Origin: Octopus bimaculoides
Lineage: Eukaryota
NCBI RefSeq assembly: GCF_001194135.2
Contig: NC_069001.1
Coordinates: 3,784,527-3,848,526 of the forward strand
Reading direction: 5' to 3'
DNA: 64,000 nucleotides
A program made the translations under genes and the position numbers. Under the pieces are notes generated by a model, which worked only from the letters and a program-made list of their open reading frames with translations, was not told where the DNA came from and searched no databases. Below are positions 26,761 through 39,830 of this stretch, piece by piece. The stretch's first letter is position 1; each line of letters begins with the position of its first letter.

Positions 26761-28334
26761 TTGAAAGAAATACAGCCTTTTTTTTTTTTGTGCTCAAACC
26801 TTTCTGATGGCTCATCATGAACAGTAATTACGATTTTCTTTAATGGAGCAATGTCAGAAAATTAAAAGCGAAGTGAAGAAGCCAACTGAAGTGATACCTA
26901 AATATATTACTGCTATTTGTTTTACAAACTAGCTGGCCCAATGCCATCAGAAATGATGGCAGATTGGAGTATTTTATATATAAATATGGTACATAAAACA
27001 TTCACATACTTCCCTTGTACATACACACAAATACTCACACAGAGTTGAAACGCTGTTTGATTTTTCTTTCTAGCGTTGAATGGTCATCATCCCACTTCCC
27101 TTGCACACATACACATTCACATGACTCCCTTTTACATACACACACAGAGTTGAAATGCTGCTTTTTCTATTTCACTGTAGAACTTCTAATCATCCAACTA
27201 CCAAGTTTGCTATCACCCATTCTTTTCTCATTCATATGGTGTGACAGAGAAAAACACAAGAGTATTATTATAGCAGATACTCTGGTAGGGACTCACTATA
27301 TAAAGCCAAGTATTTCTGCTGTTTATAAATGTTAAACCCTTTTTCCTGAGCATATTTCTAGTGAAGTATACTCCACGAATGTTTGAATTTACTTTGAAAA
27401 ATAATTAAAAAGTGGAAGGATTTATTAAAATTAGTTTTTTGACCCATAATGAATCTGGTGTTCAGAATATGATTTAACAGAAAGAACTTAGAAATTATTA
27501 ATATAATTCGTTGAGTTCTCTGATGGACAGTTAACACAAGAGAGATAATTATGTTTGGCAGGATTCGAAGTTTGAATAAGATACACAGAATGTTATTAAA
27601 GGTATAACATGATTATCTTTATATAGTTACAAGGCAAGACATTTCGATGAGGAGAGCAGATTTCAACTACTCTACTGGTATTAATATAAACATTAGAAAA
27701 TTAAAAAAGAAAATCAACTCTGGCAGGATTCAAACTGGCAATATCAAGGGAGATAACTAAGTACTACGTAACTTTCGACTGAATGTTCTACATCAGAGTG
27801 ACGTCCCTTAGTTATTCTCCAGACTCAGTCTTAGTTACAAAATTTTAATCCGAATGTCATGGGTTTGAAGCGATGCTCTAATCTACGATTCTGCCTGCTC
27901 GCCACCAAATATCATTTCCTGTATAAATGTAGGCAATTTCTAGAACTTTCAATGGTTAGAGGCGATCAGCTCTATTGATTGGGGAGGGGTGTTTGGAAGA
28001 GTTGACTACATCGATGTTATTTTCTCTTAGTCTACCATCCTTAGTGAATATGCGAGCGTGTGTATATATCAGTTACAATCGGTGCATCCTGGCCGATATC
28101 CTGGGGTTCCTACTATCACAACAGATCTTTTAATAATTCCAATAATGTTACAAAGCAAGGAATCCTACAACCACAATAGAGTGGTTTGTCAAGAAAAGTT
28201 GACAGAGGCACAAATATACGTACGTGTGTGTTTACAAGTTGGTGATTTTTCCATTGCTTCAAGTTTTTGGATAAGTGGCAATCATTACAAAGAAACGTTT
28301 CCATTGCTTATACATACATAAATATATATATATA

Positions 28335-28660
28335 TCTTTTAGCTTTTACTCGTTTCATTCATTGCACTGTGGCTATGCTAGGGCACTATCTTGAAGGTTT
28401 TAGTTGAACAAAACGACCCTAGTACTTTTTTAAAAGCCTGTTACTTATTCTATCGATATATTTTGCTGAACCGCTAGCTTAACAAACCAACATTGGTTAT
28501 CAAGCAGCAGTGGGACACACATGACAGATCTTTCAGTTTTTGTCTACCATATCCACTCAAGAAGGCTGTGGTCAACCTAGGGCTATGATAAAAGATAAAC
28601 ACACATACACCCAACTGCAGATTTGAACCCATAACTTGTGAGCAACCAGCTGCTGAACCT
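28335..28660 (-). mobile_element. tRNA-derived SINE, family B (near full-length, diverged)
   Basis: 3' part matches 49310-49490 and 58655-58812 (…CAGTCATT.GACTG.GGCCATGCT…CTAAGTTA…AAAC…). 5' part matches 58812-58885, 63020-63140 and 31160-31240. Confidence 0.7.
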
Positions 28661-29554
28661 CTCCCAACAGAAGAATAAAAATCCTGCTAAGAGCTATTGT
28701 ATAAAAGTGGTGGTGGTGGTGATGGTGGTAATGTCGGTGTTGAAAGACAAATGTCTCTGGTTGGCATGATAGGGCTCTACACAGCAGAATTAAAATAAAT
28801 TAACCAAGAGTTTGCTGTTTTCAAATAATAAATCATCGAACACTTTGTAGTTTTAAAATAAATAATACAACATTTTCTGGATAATTCTGAATCAACTAGA
28901 ATTTTGACATATACTATATTGTTTTAACAGAATAACAGAATATGAAGACAAACTAAAACCATTGCTCTTTCTCATATATGTATATATATATATTTATGTA
29001 TATAATACATACATGCATGACTGAACAAAATGTTAGCCTGTAATCTCATTCATTCATTCATATGCACTTACAAGCACACAAGAATAGATAATTCCTTGTG
29101 CTAACAGGACATTGAAGAAAAAGCTGTGAAAAGTTTTGCTTTACAAATATTTCGATAATGGCATAATGACTGTCCAGTGAACTTATATTATGAAAGACTA
29201 TTAATATTATTAATATTATTATCATCATTATTATGTAAAAAATTCGATTATTTAGATGGGGGAATTTGGGCTTATGTGTTGGCGATTAAAAAAAAAAAAA
29301 TTCTCTTTGATGGTTTTAAGTTGAATTTTGAAATTCGTATAATACATTTAGTTTCTGCTCAGCTTTGTGGGCTTTCATCCATGGCTCTGACTAGTCTTAT
29401 GATGATGATGATGATGAATGAAATTAACGAAGATAATGTTGTACCAGGGAGAGTGAAAAACCAGTATACAAAGCTGTCCATGGCACTTGTAGCATAAAGT
29501 CTTAGTTTCTTTTTAAAGAAAAAAAAAAAAAGCAGGGGAATATAACATTCTCTC

Positions 29555-29780
<226 letters not shown>

Positions 29781-30183
29781 ACAGTCCATTTGTTATCAAA
29801 ATATACATTTATCAGAAAATACACAAAAATGAAAGCAAGAAATCTATATCCAAGCTGAAGCTGCATATAATATATATATATATATATATAAATATTTTTT
29901 TTTTGTAAACAAAAAAAAAAAGAAGAAAATTAACAATGCTAGAAGGCAAAAGTGCAACATTGAATTGTCTTGCAAAGACAACTGGCAGACGTTACAAAAA
30001 TCTAGTTGCACCAATAGTTCAGAGTACATATAATATTGCTATTGTCATTAATTCTGGTAGACGACTACATCAAGCTCATTATCATCAAAGTTTCACACAG
30101 ACTTGGTAGCTTTTCTATTCTTTTCTTTTCCATATTTCTTAATAACAAAAGCTATCTAAAAAATATTGATTTGACACAAAAGC

Positions 30184-30214
<31 letters not shown>

Positions 30215-30793
30215 GCAAAATGAGAGTGATGTTTTTCTCCATAAGCCGCAAAAAAAAAAACAAAAAAAAACACAGCAGATTATGAAAATATGAAGCAATT
30301 TTGATTCTAGAAATCATTGTTCAAAACGAATGATAACTGATAGGTCACCAGAATATATCGATTGATTTTTTTTTTTTATATTAAAAAAAACATGAAAAAA
30401 GAACCAATAAACCCCAAATAACACCATTCTTCTCCCCCAATGGAAAGACAATATTATACAATAGACTGTGTGATTTGTACAATCTAGGGAATTCTCTTCA
30501 TAAACGTTTTATTATTATAAATATTATTATAATTATTTACATTTTGTCAGGAGGTTCAAATAAAAAATTTCTTGTACGAAGTTATTTTTCATACAATATT
30601 CAATCAACCAAGGTTTAGGGGACATTTTTTCACTTTGTTGGTTTATATTGTGCACTACATATTATTTTGGTGGAGTTTTTTTTTGAGGGGGAGGGCATTG
30701 TATTGGGTTCTCTTTTCTTTGGATTGCTTTATAATGTTGTATATCTCCTCCCTTCCACACGAAAATCAATGTATGTATGTATGTGTATATATA

Positions 30794-30827
<34 letters not shown>

Positions 30828-31159
30828 AACATATTAAATAAACATACATATATGTATATACACATACACGTATCTATCTATATATATTATATATATACAC
30901 ACACGCATACATATATGTATACATATGTACAAATACATATACATATATATATGCACATACACACACACACATATATATGCATGCATGTATATGCATATAC
31001 ACATCCATGTACATATATACACACATGCATGTATATACATATACACATGCATGAACATACATTTATATATATATATGCATATATGCACACATACATATAT
31101 GTATATATATATATATATATATCCGTGTATATTTGTATGTGTGGAGAGACATACAAACA

Positions 31160-31240
31160 TAGTTGTGTGGTTAAGAACTTTGCTTCACAGCCATTGGGTT
31201 CCTGGTTCAATCCCACTGTGCCAGCACCTTGGACAAGTGT
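31160..31240 (+). mobile_element. 5' (tRNA-like head) fragment of family-B SINE
   Basis: TGTGTGGTTAAG (A-box-like)...GGTTCAATCCC (B-box)...CACCTTGGACAAGTGT; same head seen on minus at about 63040-63140, 56220-56305 and 49780-49870. Confidence 0.65.
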
Positions 31241-31369
31241 TACAAATAAAATTACAAAAAACAGAAACTACACAGAAGCCTGTCATAAATATACATACAA
31301 GTCTGTGTTGGTGTTACATCCTTTTATGTCCCACAACTTAGTGGTTTCACATATGTATATATCTATATA

Positions 31370-31587
31370 CAAAAGAATGAATGAGACCTCAATACTATGT
31401 AAATAGAGGAATTTATCTGTAATATGTGACAACTATTCGGTTGCCATAATAAAACTCCAAGATGCCGGAGCAGATTTCCACCCTGACATCCGAAACTTGG
31501 AGTTTTATTATGGCAACCGAATAATTGTCACATATTACAAATAAATTCCTCTATTTACATAGTATTGAGGTCTCATTCATTCTTTTG
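31370..31587. mobile_element. Foldback element / long inverted repeat (92-bp arms, 34-bp spacer)
   Basis: 31370-31461 is the reverse complement of 31496-31587 with 2 mismatches. A transposon origin is inferred from the structure only. Confidence 0.85.
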
Positions 31588-31601
31588 TTGTCATACTATT
31601 A

Positions 31602-31634
<33 letters not shown>

Positions 31635-31639
31635 ATAAG

Positions 31640-31996
31640 TACCATGCATGTATGGGTTGTTGCCACTGCCGCCTTACACGTAAAAAGCACCATCCGAACA
31701 TGGTCGATGCCAGCCTCCCCACTCCGAGTGGCTCCTGTGTTGGTAGCACATAAAAAGTACCACCCGAGTGTAGCCGATGCCAGTGTCGTTTGACTGGCTC
31801 CTGTACCGGTGGCACATAAAAAGCACCCACTACACTCTTGGAGTGGTTGGCATTAGGAAGGGCATCCAACTGTAGAAACACTGCCAGATCAGATTGGAGC
31901 CTGGTGCAGCCTCCTGGCTTGCCAGTCCCCAGTCAAACCGTCCAACCCATGCCAGCATGGAAAACGGACGTTAAATGAAGATGATGATGATGATGA
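31640..31996 (+). mobile_element. SINE-like element, family A, with (GAT)n tail
   Basis: CTACACTCTTGGAGTGGTTGGCATTAGGAAGGGCATCC...CCAACCCATGCCAGCATGGAAAACGGACGTTAAATGA(AGATG)n; at least 6 further copies in the window. Confidence 0.85.
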
Positions 31997-32200
31997 AGGT
32001 GTGTGTGTGTAGGTTCTTGAAGGCACTGATGATAGAAAGTAGAAACTGCGAAGTTCACATAATGTTGGGTGTTTGTTTGTGGGGGCAGGGAATTTAGATT
32101 TAAATATTTTCTGTTTTATAGGGCAACAGCAACACTAACAGGCATGAGAAGGTATTAGGAGTTACACGATGGACAAAACAAACACACAAACAAAACATAT

Positions 32201-32340
32201 TTAACCCTTTAGCATTTAAAACCAGCCACATCCGGCCCAAATATTCTACCCATCTTACCTATATTACAATATCATTCTAAAAAGATAAACAGTCAAATCA
32301 TTGAAATGATGAAGCTATGAGACAAGGCATGATTCATTCA
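32201..32340 (+). mobile_element. TTAA-CCCTTT-type non-autonomous DNA transposon fragment
   Basis: Starts TTAA|CCCTTT like the elements at 43604-44388; no matching right end seen. Confidence 0.35.
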
Positions 32341-32394
32341 AGACTAAGTGGTGGTGGTCATGATGGTGTTGGAGGTAATAATGAAGATCATTAG

Positions 32395-32610
32395 TTCTAA
32401 TTTAGGCACAAGGCCAGCAATTTTTGAAGTGGGTGGACCATTTGTTGAGACCATCGGCTCCAGTACTTAATTTGTATTTTATTTTATCAATTCCAAAGAG
32501 ATGAAAGGCAAATTTGAACCTCAGTGAGATTTGAACTCAAAAGAAAGATCTACAATGAATACTAAAAGGTATTTTTCTCAATGCTCTAACAACTTTGCCA
32601 ATACACCGGC
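32395..32610 (-). mobile_element. Family-N SINE, diverged
   Basis: TAGGCACAAGGCCAGCAATTT...GATGAAAGGCAA...GATTTGAACTC, collinear with 26071-26318. Confidence 0.7.
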
Positions 32611-32854
32611 TGTGATTTAACGATAAGAGTAATTATTTCTATCAGTTGCACAAGGTTAATTAAGATGGACACAAATATAGATCACGTGTGTGATGGGAGA
32701 TGTGAAACACAAACGAGGATGTTGTGAAATGAAAGAAAAAAACATAAGATGCTAACACAGATAAAAGGAAAAAGAAGAGAGAGTGAGGGAAAGAGAGAGA
32801 GAGACATTACACATACAGACATAACTTGATGCTCACACATAAACAGAGAGAGGC

Positions 32855-32894
<40 letters not shown>

Positions 32895-35394
32895 GGGGAG
32901 AGAAAACGAAATATTAAAACATCTGATACCAAATAAGGCAGCATCAAATCAGGGATGCCAAACAGAACCAAAATAGCTGAACCAAAATGTCTCATACTCA
33001 AGATATTCTACATGCCATTGTCAACTCTAACAAACAACAGAAGATGCAAAGGAAGCGCGGGGAGGGGGAGGCAGGAAGTGACTGATAATCAATATGATAA
33101 TGAGGCGCTGTCGATGTTGCGATGAGCTACAAATGCATATTCATGATACAATACAGACAAGCATTCTTGTAATCAAAACAACCAGTACCTTGTAGTTCCG
33201 GTGGAGGTAACACAAATACAATAAATACAACACACATTTGGCAATATGGACCAACTTACAGATTCCAGGATGCTGGCACAAACTCCTCCAAACTAAATCA
33301 TTTTTTACTTTCTCTTCTTCACCATTTACTGCTTCTTCAGCTGTATTTAAAAACCATTCCAGTTGATCTCTCTCTGTCTCCATCTTGCAAATCATTTAAA
33401 TAAAACAGTTTGCATCTCTGTTGATGAGACTCTTTGTGCATGTGTATACATATGTATGGATGGATATATAGAATAGCTATATAGCTATGTATGTATGGAT
33501 ATGAATATATATACATATACATATATGTGTGTGTGCATTCTGAGTTCAAACTGACACCTCATCTCACTGAGAAAAACTGATGCTTGTGAGACCTGGTGAC
33601 TACAATGACATTCTTAGGTAGTTCTTCAACAACTTTGCAATTGCTTCAGCCAATCATTGCTGTTCCTTGCCACACTACATACTGGCAGGACAGAACCACA
33701 AGGGAACTGCAAATCCAGAGTACAGAGAGCAAAAGAAGACTATATAGATGTGTGTGTGTTTGTGGATATGTGTGGCTGTGAGAAGTGATGTATAAATGCT
33801 TATCAAAGCTATTCGGTGATGCTATAACCCTTCTGATAAGACATATTTTGCCAACACAAAATATTGTGAGTCCATTATTGACACTGAAGCCATCTGCTTC
33901 CAGAACAAGCACTTCCAAATATATATGTGGTATGCCTCTATATGCATCTATGCATGTGTATGAGTGTGTGCATATAAATATATATATATATATATACACA
34001 CAAGTGTATATATATCTATTAATATATATATACATACATATATTTATGCACATACACACACACACACATATATATATATCTGCATACATACATACAAACA
34101 AAAAAACTACACTTAGAACACTGTGTGAAGTCTTTGGCAATACAAAGGGCATCTGGCCATAGCAACTCAGCCTAAATTGGAATGTATGAGGACGGGGAGA
34201 ATTAATTGTAAATAGGAAATTATTCTTGTTATAATGCCCCATCCAACCCCTAACATATAATATACATACACACAAACATATATACTCATATATATATATA
34301 TAAATGTATATATATATGTGTGTGTGTGTGTATTTAAATTATATAAATGTTTGAAAAATACTTTGAGAAAAGCAGGTGAGAAATTAGGGAGAATATGTAA
34401 GGGAACGTAAATAACTGTAAAAGAAAAAGAAAAGATATTGTACTTGGTTACATAAGTTGTTAAATAATCCAACAATATTTTGGAAAAGATTCCCCTTTTC
34501 AAACAGGAGAAAAAAATTAAAAAAAATTTTTTTCTTCGACTTTGCTCAAAGGTTTTTTCAAACATTTACACACTGTACATCCACTGCAATGCTTCAAGAA
34601 AATTACAATACTCCTTTTTACACACACACACACACACATGGTTGAGTGTGTCCAAGTGCATGTGCACATATACATGTGCATATATCTACATAATATATAC
34701 ATATGTATAAATAGATATATATAAATGTATATAAACACACACAAACACACACATATATATATATATGGATATAAATGTATGTATGTATATATATATATAT
34801 ATATANNNNNNNNNNNNNNNNNNNNNNNNNNNNNNNNNNNNNNNNNNNNNNNNNNNNNNNNNNNNNNNNNNNNNNNNNNNNNNNNNNNNNNNNNNNNNNN
34901 NNNNNNNNNNNNNNNNNNNNNNNNNNNNNNNNNNNNNNNNNNNNNNNNNNNNNNNNNNNNNNNNNNNNNNNNNNNNNNNNNNNNNNNNNNNNNNNNNNNN
35001 NNNNNNNNNNNNNNNNNNNNNNNNNNNNNNNNNNNNNNNNNNNNNNNNNNNNNNNNNNNNNNNNNNNNNNNNNNNNNNNNNNNNNNNNNNNNNNNNNNNN
35101 NNNNNNNNNNNNNNNNNNNNNNNNNNNNNNNNNNNNNNNNNNNNNNNNNNNNNNNNNNNNNNNNNNNNNNNNNNNNNNNNNNNNNNNNNNNNNNNNNNNN
35201 NNNNNNNNNNNNNNNNNNNNNNNNNNNNNNNNNNNNNNNNNNNNNNNNNNNNNNNNNNNNNNNNNNNNNNNNNNNNNNNNNNNNNNNNNNNNNNNNNNNN
35301 NNNNNNNNNNNNNNNNNNNNNNNNNNNNNNNNNNNNNNNNNNNNNNNNNNNNNNNNNNNNNNNNNNNNNNNNNNNNNNNNNNNNNNNNNNNNNN

Positions 35395-35429
<35 letters not shown>

Positions 35430-35624
35430 CACACATAAAATGCATATACCATAAACTCAACACGTACATATGTATCTACATATAGTATTTTATATGTATT
35501 ATATGTACATACTATATTTATGTATATGTTGCTATATATATGGTGTTGCATGTTTCATATATAAAAATATACATCATATGATTAAATATACAAACATATA
35601 CATACATAGATATATGTATGCATA

Positions 35625-35684
<60 letters not shown>

Positions 35685-37158
35685 TGTACATACAGGAAAA
35701 GGAACAAATATTGAAAAAAACAAAACAAAATAAAACTAAATAAACTAAAGCAAAAAGAACAAAGCAAATGTGGAACTGAATCTTGTAATTATTCCTTGTT
35801 TTATATTCTTCCTCTCTTCCTCTCTCTCTCTTTCTTTTGTTTGAAATACTAATGTTTATGAAAGTGGTTTTATGTTGAAACTTTAATGGCTAAATATGGT
35901 ACGGGTGAAGCATAAATATTAACCAATATCTATACACATGTGTATGCATGTATACACACATATATACATATGCATATACTACGTATCCTATACGATGCAT
36001 AATATAAACCTATAATATATATTTTATATATATACAATGATATATGCTATACATATATATATATATATATATACATACATAACGCATACATATATATATA
36101 TATATATAATAATAATATTAGGGACAAAATTTATTTTCCCTAAAACTATATATTTTATATATATATATATATATATANNNNNNNNNNNNNNNNNNNNNNN
36201 NNNNNNNNNNNNNNNNNNNNNNNNNNNNNNNNNNNNNNNNNNNNNNNNNNNNNNNNNNNNNNNNNNNNNNNNNNNNNNNNNNNNNNNNNNNNNNNNNNNN
36301 NNNNNNNNNNNNNNNNNNNNNNNNNNNNNNNNNNNNNNNNNNNNNNNNNNNNNNNNNNNNNNNNNNNNNNNNNNNNNNNNNNNNNNNNNNNNNNNNNNNN
36401 NNNNNNNNNNNNNNNNNNNNNNNNNNNNNNNNNNNNNNNNNNNNNNNNNNNNNNNNNNNNNNNNNNNNNNNNNNNNNNNNNNNNNNNNNNNNNNNNNNNN
36501 NNNNNNNNNNNNNNNNNNNNNNNNNNNNNNNNNNNNNNNNNNNNNNNNNNNNNNNNNNNNNNNNNNNNNNNNNNNNNNNNNNNNNNNNNNNNNNNNNNNN
36601 NNNNNNNNNNNNNNNNNNNNNNNNNNNNNNNNNNNNNNNNNNNNNNNNNNNNNNNNNNNNNNNNNNNNNNNNNNNNNNNNNNNNNNNNNNNNNNNNNNNN
36701 NNNNNNNNNNNNNNNNNNNNNNNNNNNNNNNNNNNNNNNNNNNNNNNNNNNNNNNNNNNNNNNNNNNNNNNNNNNNNNNNNNNNNNNNNNNNNNNNNNNN
36801 NNNNNNNNNNNNNNNNNNNNNNNNNNNNNNNNNNNNNNNNNNNNNNNNNNNNNNNNNNNNNNNNNNNNNNNNNNNNNNNNNNNNNNNNNNNNNNNNNNNN
36901 NNNNNNNNNNNNNNNNNNNNNNNNNNNNNNNNNNNNNNNNNNNNNNNNNNNNNNNNNNNNNNNNNNNNNNNNNNNNNNNNNNNNNNNNNNNNNNNNNNNN
37001 NNNNNNNNNNNNNNNNNNNNNNNNNNNNNNNNNNNNNNNNNNNNNNNNNNNNNNNNNNNNNNNNNNNNNNNNNNNNNNNNNNNNNNNNNNNNNNNNNNNN
37101 NNNNNNNNNNNNNNNNNNNNNNNNNNNNNNNNNNNNNNNNNNNNNNNNNNNNNNNNNA

Positions 37159-37322
37159 TACTACACTCTTGGAGTGGTTGGCGTTAGGAAGGGCATCCAG
37201 CTGTAGAAACTCTGCCAAATCAGATTGTAGCCTGGTGTAGCCATCTGGTTCACCAGTCCTCAGTCAAATCGTCCAACCCATGCTAGCATGGAAAGCGGAT
37301 GTTAAACGGTGATGATGATGAT
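37159..37322 (+). mobile_element. Family-A SINE-like copy (5' end lost in gap)
   Basis: About 90% identical by eye to the reverse complement of 52423-52600; (GAT)n tail. Confidence 0.85.
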
Positions 37323-37693
37323 ACATGTGTGTGTGTATGTATGTACATAGCTAATATCTGAGTACACTGAGTACAACCTGATGTGGCTTTTTCTGAGTGT
37401 CCAGTAATCCTAGGAAACTGTATCTCTGGTACATGATAGATCAATTCGTGGTGTTGAAGGTGTACTCGGATGATCCCTAGTTTCCGTAGAGTAATCAGTG
37501 TGAAGGACCTTTGCATATGATAGACAGTCTTAGTCTGTTAAATATTGAAGGGCGTAATATATTTATTTGTAAGATAATCCTTGATTTATAGAGTGTAGTA
37601 TATTTACTAAAAATAAACAAATTGTTTACAAACTCAAGTTTCTTCTTGAAAGTTATTGCTTTGAAGATTATCAAGAAAAATATGAATATAAGT

Positions 37694-37759
37694 TAAACAA
37701 TTTAATCAGTTATAATTAATATATTCAACTCCAGTGTATTGTAACCTTGAATTGTATTC

Positions 37760-37803
<44 letters not shown>

Positions 37804-37869
37804 GAACACAATTCAAGGTTACAATACAGTGGACTTGAATATATTAATTATAACTGATTAAATTGTTTA
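37694..37869. repeat. Palindromic AT-rich repeat (67-bp unique arms around an (AT)n centre)
   Basis: 37694-37760 pairs with about 37803-37869 with 3 mismatches; the AT-rich centre is itself nearly self-complementary. Confidence 0.9.
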
Positions 37870-38399
37870 TATATATACATACACACACACACACACACAC
37901 AGACACATCCTGTCTTGTTTTTTGTCCGCCACTACATTCCTCCATGGCTAGATTTAATTTGCGTATACAAATTTAATCTGCGGTCCATGGGATGAGCCGT
38001 TTTAACGATGNNNNNNNNNNNNNNNNNNNNNNNNNNNNNNNNNNNNNNNNNNNNNNNNNNNNNNNNNNNNNNNNNNNNNNNNNNNNNNNNNNNNNNNNNN
38101 NNNNNNNNNNNNNNNNNNNNNNNNNNNNNNNNNNNNNNNNNNNNNNNNNNNNNNNNNNNNNNNNNNNNNNNNNNNNNNNNNNNNNNNNNNNNNNNNNNNN
38201 NNNNNNNNNNNNNNNNNNNNNNNNNNNNNNNNNNNNNNNNNNNNNNNNNNNNNNNNNNNNNNNNNNNNNNNNNNNNNNNNNNNNNNTATATATATACATC
38301 ATTCCTCAGAATTTCACACACAAGCACTGTTACATGCACGAGATCCTTCAGACAGTCTTGTGGATAAATATGACAGAATGGTGGAAGGGGTTATGTCTA

Positions 38400-39830
38400 T
38401 GGGGGGGGGGGAGCATTTATGTCGTGAATTTTTACTGGTTAAGTCGGATGATATAGTTTTAAAGGGAGATTACTCGGGCAACCGTTACTGCTGTTGTCAA
38501 GGGAAATCACTCCAAGAAGTTGGTCAGGATTGGCTGAAGTTGATGCTTATGAATTGTTACCTTTGGTAGATATTGTGCAAATATTTGCAATTGTCAGTGG
38601 TGGCAATTAGACAATAATTCTGGTTTAGTTGCCTGAGGATCTGAAACTTTGCAGTTTAGCAAACATACAGTTCCAGAAACTGTTAGAGTTTGTGGTGGCA
38701 GCACTAGCAACAATAATCCATGTTATTGGAGGATGCACCGATATGTAATCTCTGAATTTCCGGATGTATTGTGACATGGAAGTTTTCCTGCTCTTTGACT
38801 TCAAATAATGGAAATACTGAAGGAAGAGTTTTGTGAAATGATTGACCGTTCAACCAATATATTTCCTTTCAATACTTCTGAGATGTTGTGATTACTTAAT
38901 ATTGGTACAACATGGACTTTCCAGACACTGATGGTCTGGAAACTCTTGTAATCTGCAATAATTTATGAGCAGAAACTTCAAATTCTTTGCTTATTTTAAC
39001 TTAAAAGTTCCATGGAAGATTAAACCAGATTATTTCTCTCTTTCTACTTTTACACAACTGTATGATGGACAGTATTTTATCAATATAAACCAATATCTCA
39101 CAGAAGTTAGTGCATCACTATAATTAGGGATACCCTGATGGAACCATCCCTGGTTGAGTTCAGATCAGAGACTTTCCTACTCACTATGTTATGCCTAGTG
39201 GGTGACTGGAATTCATATGAATGTAAATGGTAATCTCATTTAGCTTTCTGTAGGAGTGATGTTTGCTTGTCTTAAAGTGCAATGTCTAAGGAATTGGCAG
39301 TCATTTAGTCAGTGGTAATGGCTATGTTTAAGCCCAACTCCTTAAATATTTTTATTAAATCCCTTCTAAGTGTAGCCATGGTGTGGCCATTCATACTGTA
39401 TGAGATTGTTAAGCCAATACAGAGCTATGAACAGAGGATTAACTTTATCAGGATAAATAATTACATGGGAATTCTCACTTCAGCGCAATTATAACTTCCT
39501 AAGGAGACATCAAACAAAGAGTCTCTTTTCTTATTGACCAAGTAGAAATCAGCAGAGCATAAAAACCACATTCTAGGGCTCATTATGATTCTTACATCCA
39601 GGTCAGTTAATTGTGGCGAATCTCTTACCAATAATTAGGGCTTTCAGGAGGAGGAACACTTAAGATATAGAAGGGGAGAAATCCACAATGTCAAATCTTT
39701 TTGAAACTGGTGGATACTTGGTGTACCATGCTGTGAAACCATTTAATAATGGTAACACTTCAAGTCTTCTGTAGTAGTCTCATTGTCCACAAACCATTTG
39801 CAGGATCACAAGATTATATCTCTTGTGCAT
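38400..39830 (-). mobile_element. Degraded Penelope-like retroelement (RT plus probable GIY-YIG region)
   Basis: Minus-strand translations FDIVDFSPSIS (39695-39663), FDVSLGSYNCAEV (39514-39476) and TLRRDLIKIFKELGLNIAI match Penelope RT motifs of the FDIxEFYPSI / FDVTMGSYDGAEV / IIKIFKxxGLxITI type. Weaker SFR...N.T endonuclease-like remnant near 38630. Many stops and frameshifts. Confidence 0.72.

Noticed and set aside
26942-26961. Perfect 8-bp stem with GAAA tetraloop (TGCCATCA-GAAA-TGATGGCA)
   Set aside because: Isolated and short; plausible by chance in ~38 kb, with no other RNA-gene features.
28116-28304. ORF with CxxC...H...H (FLCNDCHLSKNLKQWKNHQLVNTH)
   Set aside because: Spacing (C-x2-C-x11-H-x5-H) and the hydrophobic core do not fit a C2H2 finger; no linker or neighbouring fingers.
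31160-31225. tRNA genes at A/B-box-bearing heads (also 44725-44805, 47040-47120)
   Set aside because: They continue into SINE body sequence, are degenerate, and do not give a clear cloverleaf.
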